Shown: positions 21,786-31,070 of the stretch, piece by piece
How positions within the stretch are numbered: position 1 is the stretch's first letter
Layout of the letters: each line of letters begins with the position of its first letter
Assembly (NCBI GenBank): GCA_963838285.1
Contig: CAWIQP010000011.1
Location: 75,917 to 139,916, forward strand
DNA length: 64,000 bases
Origin: an uncultured Chloroflexia bacterium
GTDB taxonomy: Bacteria > Chloroflexota > Limnocylindria > Limnocylindrales > CSP1-4
Reading direction: 5' to 3'
Position numbers and translations under genes: made by a program
The notes under the pieces: generated by a model
What the model was told of the DNA's origin: nothing
The model's database searches: none
What the model saw: the letters and a program-made list of their open reading frames with translations, nothing else

Positions 21786-24596
21786 ATGCGAGAACCGACC
21801 CCCCGCCCCAGCCCCAGCGCATCGCCCTCGACCGCGAAGTCCCGGAAACCCGGCAAGGCGGCGAAATCGGCCCCGCTGGACTCGGCTCCGGTGGAGGCAA
21901 CCACGATCGCCCCAATCAATGCCGTCGCCCCGGCGTCGGCGGCCCTTGAGGCCTACGAGGAGCGTCCCGTCGAGTCGTTGCGCGGGCTGCGGCCGCAGGC
22001 CAACCAGAAGGCCGTTTGGAACAAGCGCGCCGGCCGGCCGGACAGCCGGCCGGACTCCAGGACGCCCTACGACACCGTGGTGCCGTTCGACGACTCGCTG
22101 GCGGAGCGACTGATCACGACCCAGGCTCCCCAGCGCCCGCTCTCGACGCCCACCTTCCGCCTCTCGGTCGACGGCCGCGTGGTCGAGGGCACCGAGGGCC
22201 AGACGATCCTGGAGGTCTGCCGCGCCAACGGCATCGAGATCCCGACGCTCTGCTACGAGCCAAAGCTGCCGGGCTTCGGGGCCTGCCGTATGTGCGTCGT
22301 CGAGGTCGACGGCGAGGAGCACCCGCCCATCTCCTGCTCCCGCGCCGCAGAGGCCGGGATGGTCGTTCGAACCCAGACCGAGCAGCTCCGCCGCCTGCGC
22401 CGCACGAATCTCGAGCTGATCTTCAGCGACCACAACGCCTACTGCCTGCCGCCCTGCCAGAACAAGTGCCCCAGCCACATCGACATCCCGGGCTTCCTCA
22501 AGGCCAACGCCGAGGGGCAGTTCCGGGAGTCGGCCCGCATCTTCAAGCGGACCATCCCCTTCCCGTCGATCCTGGGTCGCGTCTGCCCCGCCCCGTGCGA
22601 GGACCACTGCCGCCGCGACGAGGTGGACGAGGCCATCGCCATCCGGGACAGCCACCGCTACGCCGGCGACACGGTTCTCGCGGCGCAGAAGAACGGCATC
22701 GAGCCGCCGCTGCCGTTCGAGACGTCGCCGAAGACGGGCAGGCGGGTGGCGATCGTCGGGTCCGGGCCGGCCGGAATGGCCGCGGCTTACTACCTGCTCC
22801 TGTCCGGCCACGACGTCACCGTCTTCGAACGCGACCCGGAGCCCGGCGGAATGCTCCGCTACGGCATCCCCGAGTACCGCCTCCCGAAGGCCGACGTCCT
22901 CGAGCCCGAGTACGAGGCCGTCTGGCGCCTCGGCGCGCGGCTGGAGTGCAACAAGGCGCTCGGTCGGGACTTCAGCCTGGACGACCTGCGGGACCAGGGC
23001 TTCGACTCGACCATCGTCGCCACCGGCTGCTACGACACGAACAAGCTCAACATCCCCAACGAGAACGCCGACGGAGTCATCGACGGCCTGGAGTACCTGC
23101 GGATCGCCACGCTCGGGCTCCCGTACCCGGGCCACAAGGGCAGCCGGGTGGTGGTCGTGGGCGGCGGCTTCACGGCCATGGACTGCTGGCGGACCTCGAT
23201 CCGGCAGGGCGCAAAGCAGGTTACGCTCGTCTACCGCCGCGACATGAAGGACATGCCGGCCTCGAGCGAGGTCCACGAGGCCCTCGAGGAGGGCGGCACC
23301 GCCGTCTTCCAGGCCGGCCCCACCCGGGTCCTCGTCGACGCGAACAACAAGGTCACCGGCGTCGAGTTCATCCGCATGCGGCCCGGCGCGCCCGACGCGA
23401 GCGGCCGGCGCCGCCCCGAGCCCGCCCCCGGAACCGAGTTCGTGGTCGAGTGCGACCGCGTCCTGCTGGCCATCGGCCAGGGGCCGGACCTGTCGTGGAT
23501 CGGACCCGGCAACGAGGGCGTGGCCGCGGTCAAGTACAAGCTCGCCGCCGACGCGGTCACGTTCGAGACCGGCAGGCCGGGCGTCTTCGGCGCCGGGGAC
23601 GTCCGGATCGGGGCCGCGACCGTCGTCCAGGCCATCGCCGAGGGCCGCCGCTGCGCCTATGCCGTCGACGCCTACCTCAAGGGCAACGACCTGACCGAGC
23701 TGCGGACGCGCCAGACGCTGGCCGAAGTGGAGCCGACCTTCCTCTCGATCGTGCCCTACACCGACGAGCCCAAGGAGGCTCGCCACCGTCTCAAGGCGAT
23801 GCCGGCGAAGGAGCGGTCCAGGAGCTACGTCGAGTACGAGATCCCGTACACGCCGGCGGAGGTCATGGCCGAGTCCACCCGCTGCCTGCAGTGCACCTGC
23901 GAGGCGCTGGGCAACTGCGACCTGCGCCGCCTCGGCATCGAGTACGGGACGACTCTACCGACGCTCGAGCCGGGCCACGATCAGGGCGCCGGCTTCCGGA
24001 GCGTCACCGAGAACCGCTTCACCGGCGCCAACCACGACTACATCCGCGACGACAGCCACGCCTTCATCCTGCGCGAGCCATCTCGCTGCATCGACTGCGG
24101 GCGCTGCGCCGCCGTCTGCGCGGACGTCGTGGGTGCGGCCTGCTACGACTTCATGCGGACCGGCTTCGACACGCTCGTGACGACGCCGCTGGACATGAGC
24201 CTCAACGACACGCCGTGCGTCTCCTGCGGCCGCTGCGCCGAGACGTGCCCCACGGGCGCGCTGATGCCCAAGCCGCGCGTCCTCGAGAAGTACGACGTCG
24301 ACGAAAGCCGCTGCATCCTGTGCGGCATCTGCGTCGACGCCTGCCCCTACGACGCCCTGCGCGGCGGTCAGGACAACGAGCTCGCCCACACCAGCCGGGC
24401 CAACCCGGAGGTCGATCTGATCGGGCTGGCCGCCGTCGAGCGCGAGACCGAGGTGACCTACGTCCGGCGCGAGCGCGACTGGCTGGCCCACGCCCTCGCC
24501 GAAGGACGCGTCGAGGACCCGGCGAGGATGCTGCCGGCCCTGCCGCAGTCCCTCGCCCCCGCCCGGAGCAATCGCAGGGGGGCAGATCGCCAATGA
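21786..24596 (+). CDS. chimeric Fe-S flavoprotein: NuoG-N-terminal-like 2Fe-2S/His-Cys3 domain + GltD-like FAD/NAD(P)H oxidoreductase + C-terminal 2x[4Fe-4S] ferredoxin, in the position of nuoG
   Basis: Pro/Ala-rich N-terminus; FRLSVDGRVVEGTEGQTILEVCRANGIEIPTLCYEPKLPGFGACRMCVVEV (NuoG/Nqo3 N1b-like); HNAYCLPPCQNKCPSHIDIPGFL...RVCPAPCEDHC (GltD-type); RVAIVGSGPAGMAAAYYL...GGMLRYGIPEYRLPK; CIDCGRCAAVC...CVSCGRCAETCP...CILCGICVDACP; no Mo-bisPGD-like NuoG C-terminal domain. Confidence 0.8.
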   Translation: MREPTPRPSPSASPSTAKSRKPGKAAKSAPLDSAPVEATTIAPINAVAPASAALEAYEERPVESLRGLRPQANQKAVWNKRAGRPDSRPDSRTPYDTVVPFDDSLAERLITTQAPQRPLSTPTFRLSVDGRVVEGTEGQTILEVCRANGIEIPTLCYEPKLPGFGACRMCVVEVDGEEHPPISCSRAAEAGMVVRTQTEQLRRLRRTNLELIFSDHNAYCLPPCQNKCPSHIDIPGFLKANAEGQFRESARIFKRTIPFPSILGRVCPAPCEDHCRRDEVDEAIAIRDSHRYAGDTVLAAQKNGIEPPLPFETSPKTGRRVAIVGSGPAGMAAAYYLLLSGHDVTVFERDPEPGGMLRYGIPEYRLPKADVLEPEYEAVWRLGARLECNKALGRDFSLDDLRDQGFDSTIVATGCYDTNKLNIPNENADGVIDGLEYLRIATLGLPYPGHKGSRVVVVGGGFTAMDCWRTSIRQGAKQVTLVYRRDMKDMPASSEVHEALEEGGTAVFQAGPTRVLVDANNKVTGVEFIRMRPGAPDASGRRRPEPAPGTEFVVECDRVLLAIGQGPDLSWIGPGNEGVAAVKYKLAADAVTFETGRPGVFGAGDVRIGAATVVQAIAEGRRCAYAVDAYLKGNDLTELRTRQTLAEVEPTFLSIVPYTDEPKEARHRLKAMPAKERSRSYVEYEIPYTPAEVMAESTRCLQCTCEALGNCDLRRLGIEYGTTLPTLEPGHDQGAGFRSVTENRFTGANHDYIRDDSHAFILREPSRCIDCGRCAAVCADVVGAACYDFMRTGFDTLVTTPLDMSLNDTPCVSCGRCAETCPTGALMPKPRVLEKYDVDESRCILCGICVDACPYDALRGGQDNELAHTSRANPEVDLIGLAAVERETEVTYVRRERDWLAHALAEGRVEDPARMLPALPQSLAPARSNRRGADRQ

Positions 24597-24645
24597 CCGT
24601 CATCGCGTACCGGGCCGCCGAACCGGTCCTGGAGGGAGGCGAGGC

Positions 24646-25194
24646 ATGCCGATAGGCGACTCGATCCCGCTGCTCGGGATCCGCTGGGACGACATCCTGT
24701 TCGTCGTTCTGTCCGCCACGCTTCTCGTGTCGGCCCTGATGGTGGTCACGCTGCGCGACATCATCCGCTGCGGCCTGGCCCTGATCGTCTCGTTCGCGTC
24801 CCTGGCGGGCATCTACGCCCTGCTCGGCGACCCGCTCATCGCCGCCACGCAGGTGCTCGTCTACATCGGCGCCATCAGCATCCTGATCCTGTTCGCGATC
24901 ATGATGACCCAGACGAAGGACGCGCCGGCGAGGCTGGTCTTCCAGACTCAGGCCTGGCTCGCCGCCGGCGCCGCGGCGGTCATCGCGGTGGTGATCGCCG
25001 CGACGGTTCTGGCCACGACGTGGCCCGCCGGCGGGCAGCGCCTCTGGACCGCCACCGCGGACGTCGCACATCTGCTCTTCCACGACTACGTTCTGCCGTT
25101 CGAGGTGGTCAGCGTCCTGCTGACGGCGGCGGTCGTCGGGGCGGTCTACCTGGCCCGCCGCGAGCCCAGCCGGCACGAGGAGGATCGGTCGTGA
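24646..25194 (+). CDS. nuoJ: NADH-quinone oxidoreductase subunit J
   Basis: GGAGGGAGG RBS; 5 TM ...ATQVLVYIGAISILILFAIMMTQ. Confidence 0.9.
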   Translation: MPIGDSIPLLGIRWDDILFVVLSATLLVSALMVVTLRDIIRCGLALIVSFASLAGIYALLGDPLIAATQVLVYIGAISILILFAIMMTQTKDAPARLVFQTQAWLAAGAAAVIAVVIAATVLATTWPAGGQRLWTATADVAHLLFHDYVLPFEVVSVLLTAAVVGAVYLARREPSRHEEDRS

Positions 25195-25502
25195 GCAACT
25201 CGCTCGACTCGTACCTGGTGCTGTCCGGCCTCCTCTTCGCCATCGGCACGTTCGGCTTCCTGGCCCGGCGCAACGCGATCAGCATGCTCATGTCGATCGA
25301 GCTGATGATCAACGCCGTCAATCTGACCATCCTGGCCTTCGGGGCGTTCGTGCCGCCGCTGAACGGGCACGCGGCGGTCATCGCCCTGATCGTGATCGCG
25401 GTCGCGGCGGCCGAGGCGACGGTGGGCCTGGCGATCGTCGTGGCCATCTACCGGAACCGCAAGACGCCGCTGGTCGACGAGTACGACTCGATGAAGGACT
25501 AG
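25191..25502 (+). CDS. nuoK: NADH-quinone oxidoreductase subunit K
   Basis: GTGA overlap with nuoJ stop; LFAIGTFGFLARRNAISMLMSIELMINAVNL. Confidence 0.9.
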   Translation: MSNSLDSYLVLSGLLFAIGTFGFLARRNAISMLMSIELMINAVNLTILAFGAFVPPLNGHAAVIALIVIAVAAAEATVGLAIVVAIYRNRKTPLVDEYDSMKD

Positions 25503-25506
25503 GGCG

Positions 25507-27463
25507 ATGAATCTTCCTCATCCCGCTGATCCCGCTGCTGCCCCTGGCCGGCTTCGCCGTCACCGGCCTGTTCGGCCGCGCGATGGGCCGGGAGTCGCAC
25601 CGGATCGCCATCTGGGCGGTCGTGGCCTCGTGGATCGTGGCGATGGTCGTCGCCTTCGGCGCCCTGGCCCACGTCGGCATCGCCGCGGCAGGCATCGACG
25701 TCAAGCTCTGGGACTGGATCCCGGCCACCGGCTTCCACGCCGACTTCGGCTTCTTCGTCGATCCGCTGACGGCCTGCCTGCTGATCGTGGTCACGACCAT
25801 CGGCATGCTCGTCCACATCTACTCGATCGGCTACATGGCCCACGACGCCGGCAAGTGGCGCTTCTTCGCCTACCTGAACCTGTTCATGTTCTCGATGCTC
25901 GTGCTGGTCCTGGCCGACAACTTCCTGCTCGTCTTCGCCGGCTGGGAGCTGGTGGGCCTGTGCAGCTACCTGCTGATCGGGTTCTGGTACCCGCGCCGGT
26001 CCGCGGCCGAGGCCGCCAAGAAGGCTTTCCTGGTCAACCGCGTCGGCGACATGGGCTTCGCCCTCGGGATCATGGCCATCTGGACCCAGCTCGGCACTCT
26101 CAACATGCAGCAGGTCTTCGCCGCGTTCGGAAGCGTCCCGCACGAGTGGCAGATCGCCATCGCCGCGCTTCTGCTCTGCGGCGCGGTCGGCAAGAGCGCC
26201 CAGTTCCCGCTCCACGTCTGGCTGCCGGACGCGATGGAGGGCCCCACGCCGGTCTCCGCCCTGATCCATGCCGCGACCATGGTCAACGCCGGCGTGTACC
26301 TCGTGGCCCGCTGCAACCCGATCTTCGGCGCCGCGCCCGAGGTGATGGTCGTCGTGGCCGCGATCGGCATCTTCACCGCCATCCTGGCCGCTTCGATCGC
26401 GTTCACCCAGACCGACATCAAGCGCGTCCTGGCCTACTCGACGCTCTCCCAGCTGGGCTACATGTTCGCCTCGCTGGGCGTCGGGGCGTGGACGGCGGCG
26501 ATCTTCCACCTGATGAGCCACGGCTTCTTCAAAGGCCTGCTCTTCCTCGACTCCGGCTCGGTCATCCACGCCGTCGACGGCGAGCAGGACATGCGCAAGA
26601 TGGGCGGCCTGGCGAAGAAGATTCCCGTCACCTACGCGACGATGCTCATCGGCTCGGTGGCCATCTCCGGCGTCCCGCCGCTGGCCGGGTTCTTCTCCAA
26701 GGACGAGATCCTGGGCGGCGCCTTCAAGAACGGCTTCCTGTGGGTCTGGGCGATCGGCTTCGCCGTCGCCGGCATGACCGCCTTCTACATGTTCCGGCTC
26801 ATGGGCCTGACCTTCTGGGGCGAGAGCCGCGTCGACCCGGAGAAGGAATCTCACATCCACGAGTCGCCGCCGTCGATGACCCGGCCGCTCATCCTGCTGG
26901 CCATCCCGGCGGTCTTCCTGGGCATGCTGATCGGCTTTCCGCCTGAATCGGGGCTGCTCCACCAGTGGCTCCAGCCGGTCTTCGAGGCCACCGTCGCGGC
27001 GAGCGGCCGGACAGAGGCCGCCTACAACTTCTTCGGCATCGACGGCGCGCTGGCAATCGGGACGACGGGCCTCGTGGCAATCGCCATAGTCGTGGCCTGG
27101 CGACTCTTCGGCGTGGACATGCCGGCCCTGGGTCTGCGGGCTCAGCCGCGCCCCGAGCGCGTTCGTGAGATCAGCGCCAGGCCGGGACTCGCCTTCCTGT
27201 ACCGCGGCTCCTCGAACAAGTGGTGGTTCGACGACCTGTACAACCTGCTCTTCGTGGTCTGGGGCGGCAGGCTCGCGGCCGCGGTCTTCTGGTTCGACCG
27301 CACGATAGTCGACGGCACCGTCAACGGCGTCGGCGCCGTGACCACCGGCGCGGGCGTCAGGCTCCGCCGCGTCCAGACGGGCCACGTCCAGAACTACGCC
27401 CTCGGCATCGCTCTCGGCCTGATCGTCATGGCCGTCGGCTACATCCTGATCGCGGTTCGGTAG
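25507..27463 (+). CDS. nuoL: NADH-quinone oxidoreductase subunit L, with apparent 1-bp insertion near 25516
   Basis: ATG 25507 MNL then frame shifts to FLIPLIPLLPLAGFAVTGLFGRAMGRE (ORF 25583..27463); removing one C from CTTCCTC restores MNLLIPLIPLL; antiporter-like body with long C-terminal horizontal helix. Confidence 0.9.
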
Positions 27464-27475
27464 GAGGAAGAGACG

Positions 27476-28999
27476 ATGAGCCTGCCGATCCTGAGCCTGA
27501 TCACGTTCACGCCGCTCGTCGGGGCGCTCGTGGTCGCCGTCCTGCCGTCGCGCCGCCCCGACCTCATCCGGCGCACCACCCTGGGCTTCACGCTGCTGGC
27601 ATGGGTCATGTCGCTGCTGCTGCTCGCGGCCTACGCCTTCGGCCAGACCGGCTTCCAGTTCAAGGAGGCGGCCGACTGGATCCCGTCCTTCGGCATCCAG
27701 TACAAGGTGGGCGTCGACGGCCTGAGCGTCCTGATGGTCGTGCTGACGACGACCCTGACGTGGATCAGCGTGCTGGCCAGCTTCGGCCCGATCAAGGACC
27801 GAGTGAAGGGCTACATGATCTCCTTCCTCGTCCTCGAGGTCGGCATGATCGGCGTCTTCGTCGCCCTGGACCTCTTCCTGTTCTACATCTTCTGGGAGAT
27901 CGTCCTGGTCCCGATGTACCTGATCATCGGCATCTGGGGCGGCGCCAACCGCGTCTACGCGACGATGAAGTTCGTGCTGTACACGCTCGTCGGGTCGCTG
28001 CTGATGCTGGTCGCGATCCTCGCCACGGCCTACGCCTACCAGGTGGCGCACGCCGGTTCCTGGGTCGGAGCCTTCGACTACGTGCAGCTCCAGCAGTTCG
28101 CGGCCTCCGGCGGCTTCGGTGACAACTTCCAGATCCTTGCCTTCCTGGCGCTCTTCCTGGCCTTCGCCATCAAGGTGCCGATGTTCCCGTTCCACACCTG
28201 GCTGCCCGACGCCCACACCGAGGCGCCCACGGCCGGCTCGGTGATCCTCGCCGGCGTCCTGCTCAAGCTCGGCGCCTACGGCCTGATCCGGTTCGCGGTG
28301 CCGCTCTACCCCTACGGGGCTCACACGTTCGCCTGGCCGATCATCGTCCTGAGCGTCATCGCCATCGTCTACGGCGCGATCGTGTCGATCGTCCAGCCCG
28401 ATCTCAAGCGCCTGATCGCCTACAGCTCGGTCAGCCACATGGGCTTCGTGACGCTCGGAATCTTCGTGTTCAGCGCCACCGCCCTCCAGGGCGCGATCCT
28501 GCAGATGATCAACCACGGCCTGATCACGGGCGGCCTCTTCCTCCTCGTCGGCGTCGTCTACGAGCGGACCCACGACCGAACCATCGCCAAGATGGGCGGT
28601 CTGGCGGCGGCGATGCCGATCTGGGCGACGGTCTTCGGCTTCTTCATCCTGGCCTCCGCCGGCCTGCCCGGCCTCTCCGGCTTCGTCGGCGAGTTCCTGG
28701 TCTTCGTCGGGTCGTTCGGGATCGCGCCGGTTATCGCGGTGGCCTCGATCATCGTCATGGTCCTGGCCGCCACCTACCTGCTGTGGATGTTCCAGCGCGT
28801 CGCCTTCGGCGTGCTGTCCGACTTCCTGCGAGGCCTCGGCGGTCACCTGACCGACATGACCGGGACCGAGCTGGCGACGCTCCTTCCGCTCGCCGCGCTG
28901 ATCGTCGTGCTCGGGCTGTTCCCGAGCCTCGTGCTCGATCTCCTCCGCGCTCCCGCCCAGGCGTTCCTGGCGGCGGCCGGAGTCGCGGTCGGCGGCTGA
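27476..28999 (+). CDS. nuoM: NADH-quinone oxidoreductase subunit M
   Basis: 507 aa antiporter-like subunit; ...FPFHTWLPDAHTEAPTAGSVILAGVLLKLGAYGLIRF. Confidence 0.95.
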   Translation: MSLPILSLITFTPLVGALVVAVLPSRRPDLIRRTTLGFTLLAWVMSLLLLAAYAFGQTGFQFKEAADWIPSFGIQYKVGVDGLSVLMVVLTTTLTWISVLASFGPIKDRVKGYMISFLVLEVGMIGVFVALDLFLFYIFWEIVLVPMYLIIGIWGGANRVYATMKFVLYTLVGSLLMLVAILATAYAYQVAHAGSWVGAFDYVQLQQFAASGGFGDNFQILAFLALFLAFAIKVPMFPFHTWLPDAHTEAPTAGSVILAGVLLKLGAYGLIRFAVPLYPYGAHTFAWPIIVLSVIAIVYGAIVSIVQPDLKRLIAYSSVSHMGFVTLGIFVFSATALQGAILQMINHGLITGGLFLLVGVVYERTHDRTIAKMGGLAAAMPIWATVFGFFILASAGLPGLSGFVGEFLVFVGSFGIAPVIAVASIIVMVLAATYLLWMFQRVAFGVLSDFLRGLGGHLTDMTGTELATLLPLAALIVVLGLFPSLVLDLLRAPAQAFLAAAGVAVGG

Positions 29000-29010
29000 G
29001 AGGAGATGGC

Positions 29011-30471
29011 ATGAGCTGGTCCGACGTCGGAACGATCTCGCCGGTCGTCATCGCCGTCCTGGTCGCGGCGGCGATCCTGGTCGTCGACATGGCCGTGCCC
29101 GGCCGGCGTACCCCGATTCTCGTCACCGCCCTGGGCGGCCTGGGCATCGTGGCCGTGGCGATCCTGATCCAGGCGGGCCACGGCGGCAGCGCCTTCGACG
29201 GCGCCTACTCCCTCGACAACCTGACCGTCTTCCTCGACATGCTGTTCGTGGCCATCGCGGCCCTGACCATCATGTTCGCGGTCGACTACCTGGAGCCGCG
29301 CGGCCTGCCCCTCGCCGAGTTCGCGGCGGTCCTGGTCTTCGCCATCACCGGCGCGATGCTCGTCGCCGGCTCGACGGACCTGCTGCTTCTCTTCGTCGCC
29401 CTGGAGCTGATGGTCCTGCCCGGCTATATGCTGGCCGGCTTCGCTCGGCGCGACCCGTACTCGACCGAGGGCGCGATCAAGTACTTCCTGCTCGGCTCGT
29501 TCTCGAGCGCGATCCTGCTCTTCGGCCTGGCCTACGACTGGGGGATGACCGGCACCACGAGCGTTGCCGGCGTGTCCGCGGCCCTCGCCACGGCCATCGC
29601 CCACGGCTCGATCCAGCCTGGCCTGGCCCTGGGTCTGGCCTTCATGACCGCCGGCGTCGCGTTCAAGATGGCGGCCGTGCCGTTCCACTACTGGACTCCG
29701 GACGCGTACCAGGGCTCGCCGACACCCGTCACGGCGTACCTGTCCGTGGGCCCCAAGATCGGCGCCTTCGCCATCGCCCTGCGCCTCTTCGTCGGCGCGC
29801 TCGGCCCGCTCAAGGCCGACTGGCTGCCCGTCGTCATCGTCCTGGCCGCTCTCACGATGACCCTCGGCAATCTGGTGGCGATCAGCCAGGACAACGTCAA
29901 GCGAATGCTGGCCTACTCCTCCATCGCCCACACCGGCTACATCCTGGTCGGCCTGGCGGCCTACGCCGGCGGCCAGCAGAGCGGCCTATCGGCGATCCTG
30001 TTCTACGGGGCCGCCTACACGTTCATGAACATGGGCGCCTTCGCGATCATCGCCGCTCTGCAGCGGCGGCCGGGAGTGAGCAGCCAGATCGCAACGTTCG
30101 CCGGGCTGGGCCGGCGCGATCCCTGGCTCGGCGCGCTGATGGCGCTCTTCCTGCTGTCGCTGACCGGCATCCCGCCGCTCGCCGGCTTCTGGGCCAAGGC
30201 CTACGTGATCCTGGCCGCTATCCAGGCCGGCGGATGGCTCACCGCCCTGGCGGTCCTGGCGATGATCAACGCGGCGGCGGCGGCCTTCTACTACCTGCGG
30301 GTCGTGGTCTACATGTACATGCGCGAGCCCGCCGAGGAGACCGCGCCGAGTTCCCCCGGACGGCTGTTCCGGACCGGCCTGGCGGTCACGGGCGTGGCGA
30401 CGCTCGTCTTCGGGCTCTTCCCGGCCCTCGTGACGGCAGCCAGCAACGCCGCGAACGTCTTCCGCGGCTAG
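29011..30471 (+). CDS. nuoN: NADH-quinone oxidoreductase subunit N
   Basis: GAGAGGAG RBS; ...AAVPFHYWTPDAYQGSPTPVTAYLSVGPKIGAFAI. Confidence 0.9.
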   Translation: MSWSDVGTISPVVIAVLVAAAILVVDMAVPGRRTPILVTALGGLGIVAVAILIQAGHGGSAFDGAYSLDNLTVFLDMLFVAIAALTIMFAVDYLEPRGLPLAEFAAVLVFAITGAMLVAGSTDLLLLFVALELMVLPGYMLAGFARRDPYSTEGAIKYFLLGSFSSAILLFGLAYDWGMTGTTSVAGVSAALATAIAHGSIQPGLALGLAFMTAGVAFKMAAVPFHYWTPDAYQGSPTPVTAYLSVGPKIGAFAIALRLFVGALGPLKADWLPVVIVLAALTMTLGNLVAISQDNVKRMLAYSSIAHTGYILVGLAAYAGGQQSGLSAILFYGAAYTFMNMGAFAIIAALQRRPGVSSQIATFAGLGRRDPWLGALMALFLLSLTGIPPLAGFWAKAYVILAAIQAGGWLTALAVLAMINAAAAAFYYLRVVVYMYMREPAEETAPSSPGRLFRTGLAVTGVATLVFGLFPALVTAASNAANVFRG

Positions 30472-30472
30472 A

Positions 30473-30538
30473 GGCCAGGGCGAGGGCCAGGGCCAGGGCG
30501 AGGGCGAGGGCGAGGGCGAGGGCGAGGGCGAGGGCGCA
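30473..30538. repeat. hexanucleotide microsatellite (GGCSAG)x11 immediately after the nuoN stop
   Basis: GGCCAGGGCGAGGGCCAGGGCCAGGGCGAGGGCGAG... ; ORF 30234..30632 reading through it (ARARAR...) looks spurious. Confidence 0.9.
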
Positions 30539-30628
30539 GGCTAAAGGCTGCGGCGACAGGGGCGCGCGGCTACTCCGACCGGGCAGGCAGTCTCGGCGCG
30601 GTTGGAGCCCGAAGTGGCGTCGGGCGGT

Positions 30629-30859
30629 CTAGCCGTCCCCGAACGGGGCGATCGTGTGCGACGGCGCGGCCGTAATGAGCGGCGTCGGGCTGACGATCGG
30701 CAGAGGCGTGGGCGAGTCCGTGGGCAGAACCACGGCCGTCGGCGGCGGCGGCACCGTTGGAGTCACGCCCGGCCAGGCCACGACGACCGCGACGGCGATC
30801 AGAAGCGCTGACAGGGCGCCCAGCAGCGCCCCGAAAATGATGCTCTTGCGACCAATCAT
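30629..30859 (-). CDS. small membrane-anchored Pro/Thr-rich protein
   Basis: 76 aa: N-terminal TM ([23 protein letters not shown]) then [21 protein letters not shown]; lower-GC codons; divergent from the sortase-like gene. Confidence 0.4.
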   Translation of the reverse strand: MIGRKSIIFGALLGALSALLIAVAVVVAWPGVTPTVPPPPTAVVLPTDSPTPLPIVSPTPLITAAPSHTIAPFGDG

Positions 30860-31070
30860 GGCGTGAGGTTACCAAGGATCGGGCCGTTGCGTCACGGACG
30901 CCTCGCGCAAACCCGCTCGAGAGGCACCCGCAGAGCCGCCGCGACGCCTCGCCGGGGTTCCGGCGCCACGAGGCCGAGCCAGCCGCGGGGCCCGCCTTTC
31001 GCGCGACTCGGCCCCGTTCCAGGGTCGACGCGGAGGCGGATCGGTCGAGCGCCTGCTAGGATGCCGGACC

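Noticed and set aside
25499-28846. 1115-aa minus-strand ORF across nuoL-nuoM
   Set aside because: Antisense artefact; Asp/Glu/Arg/Gly-rich with no domain
30234-30632. ORF encoding poly-(AR) through the hexamer microsatellite
   Set aside because: Product is pure low complexity generated by the GGCSAG repeat; no start context
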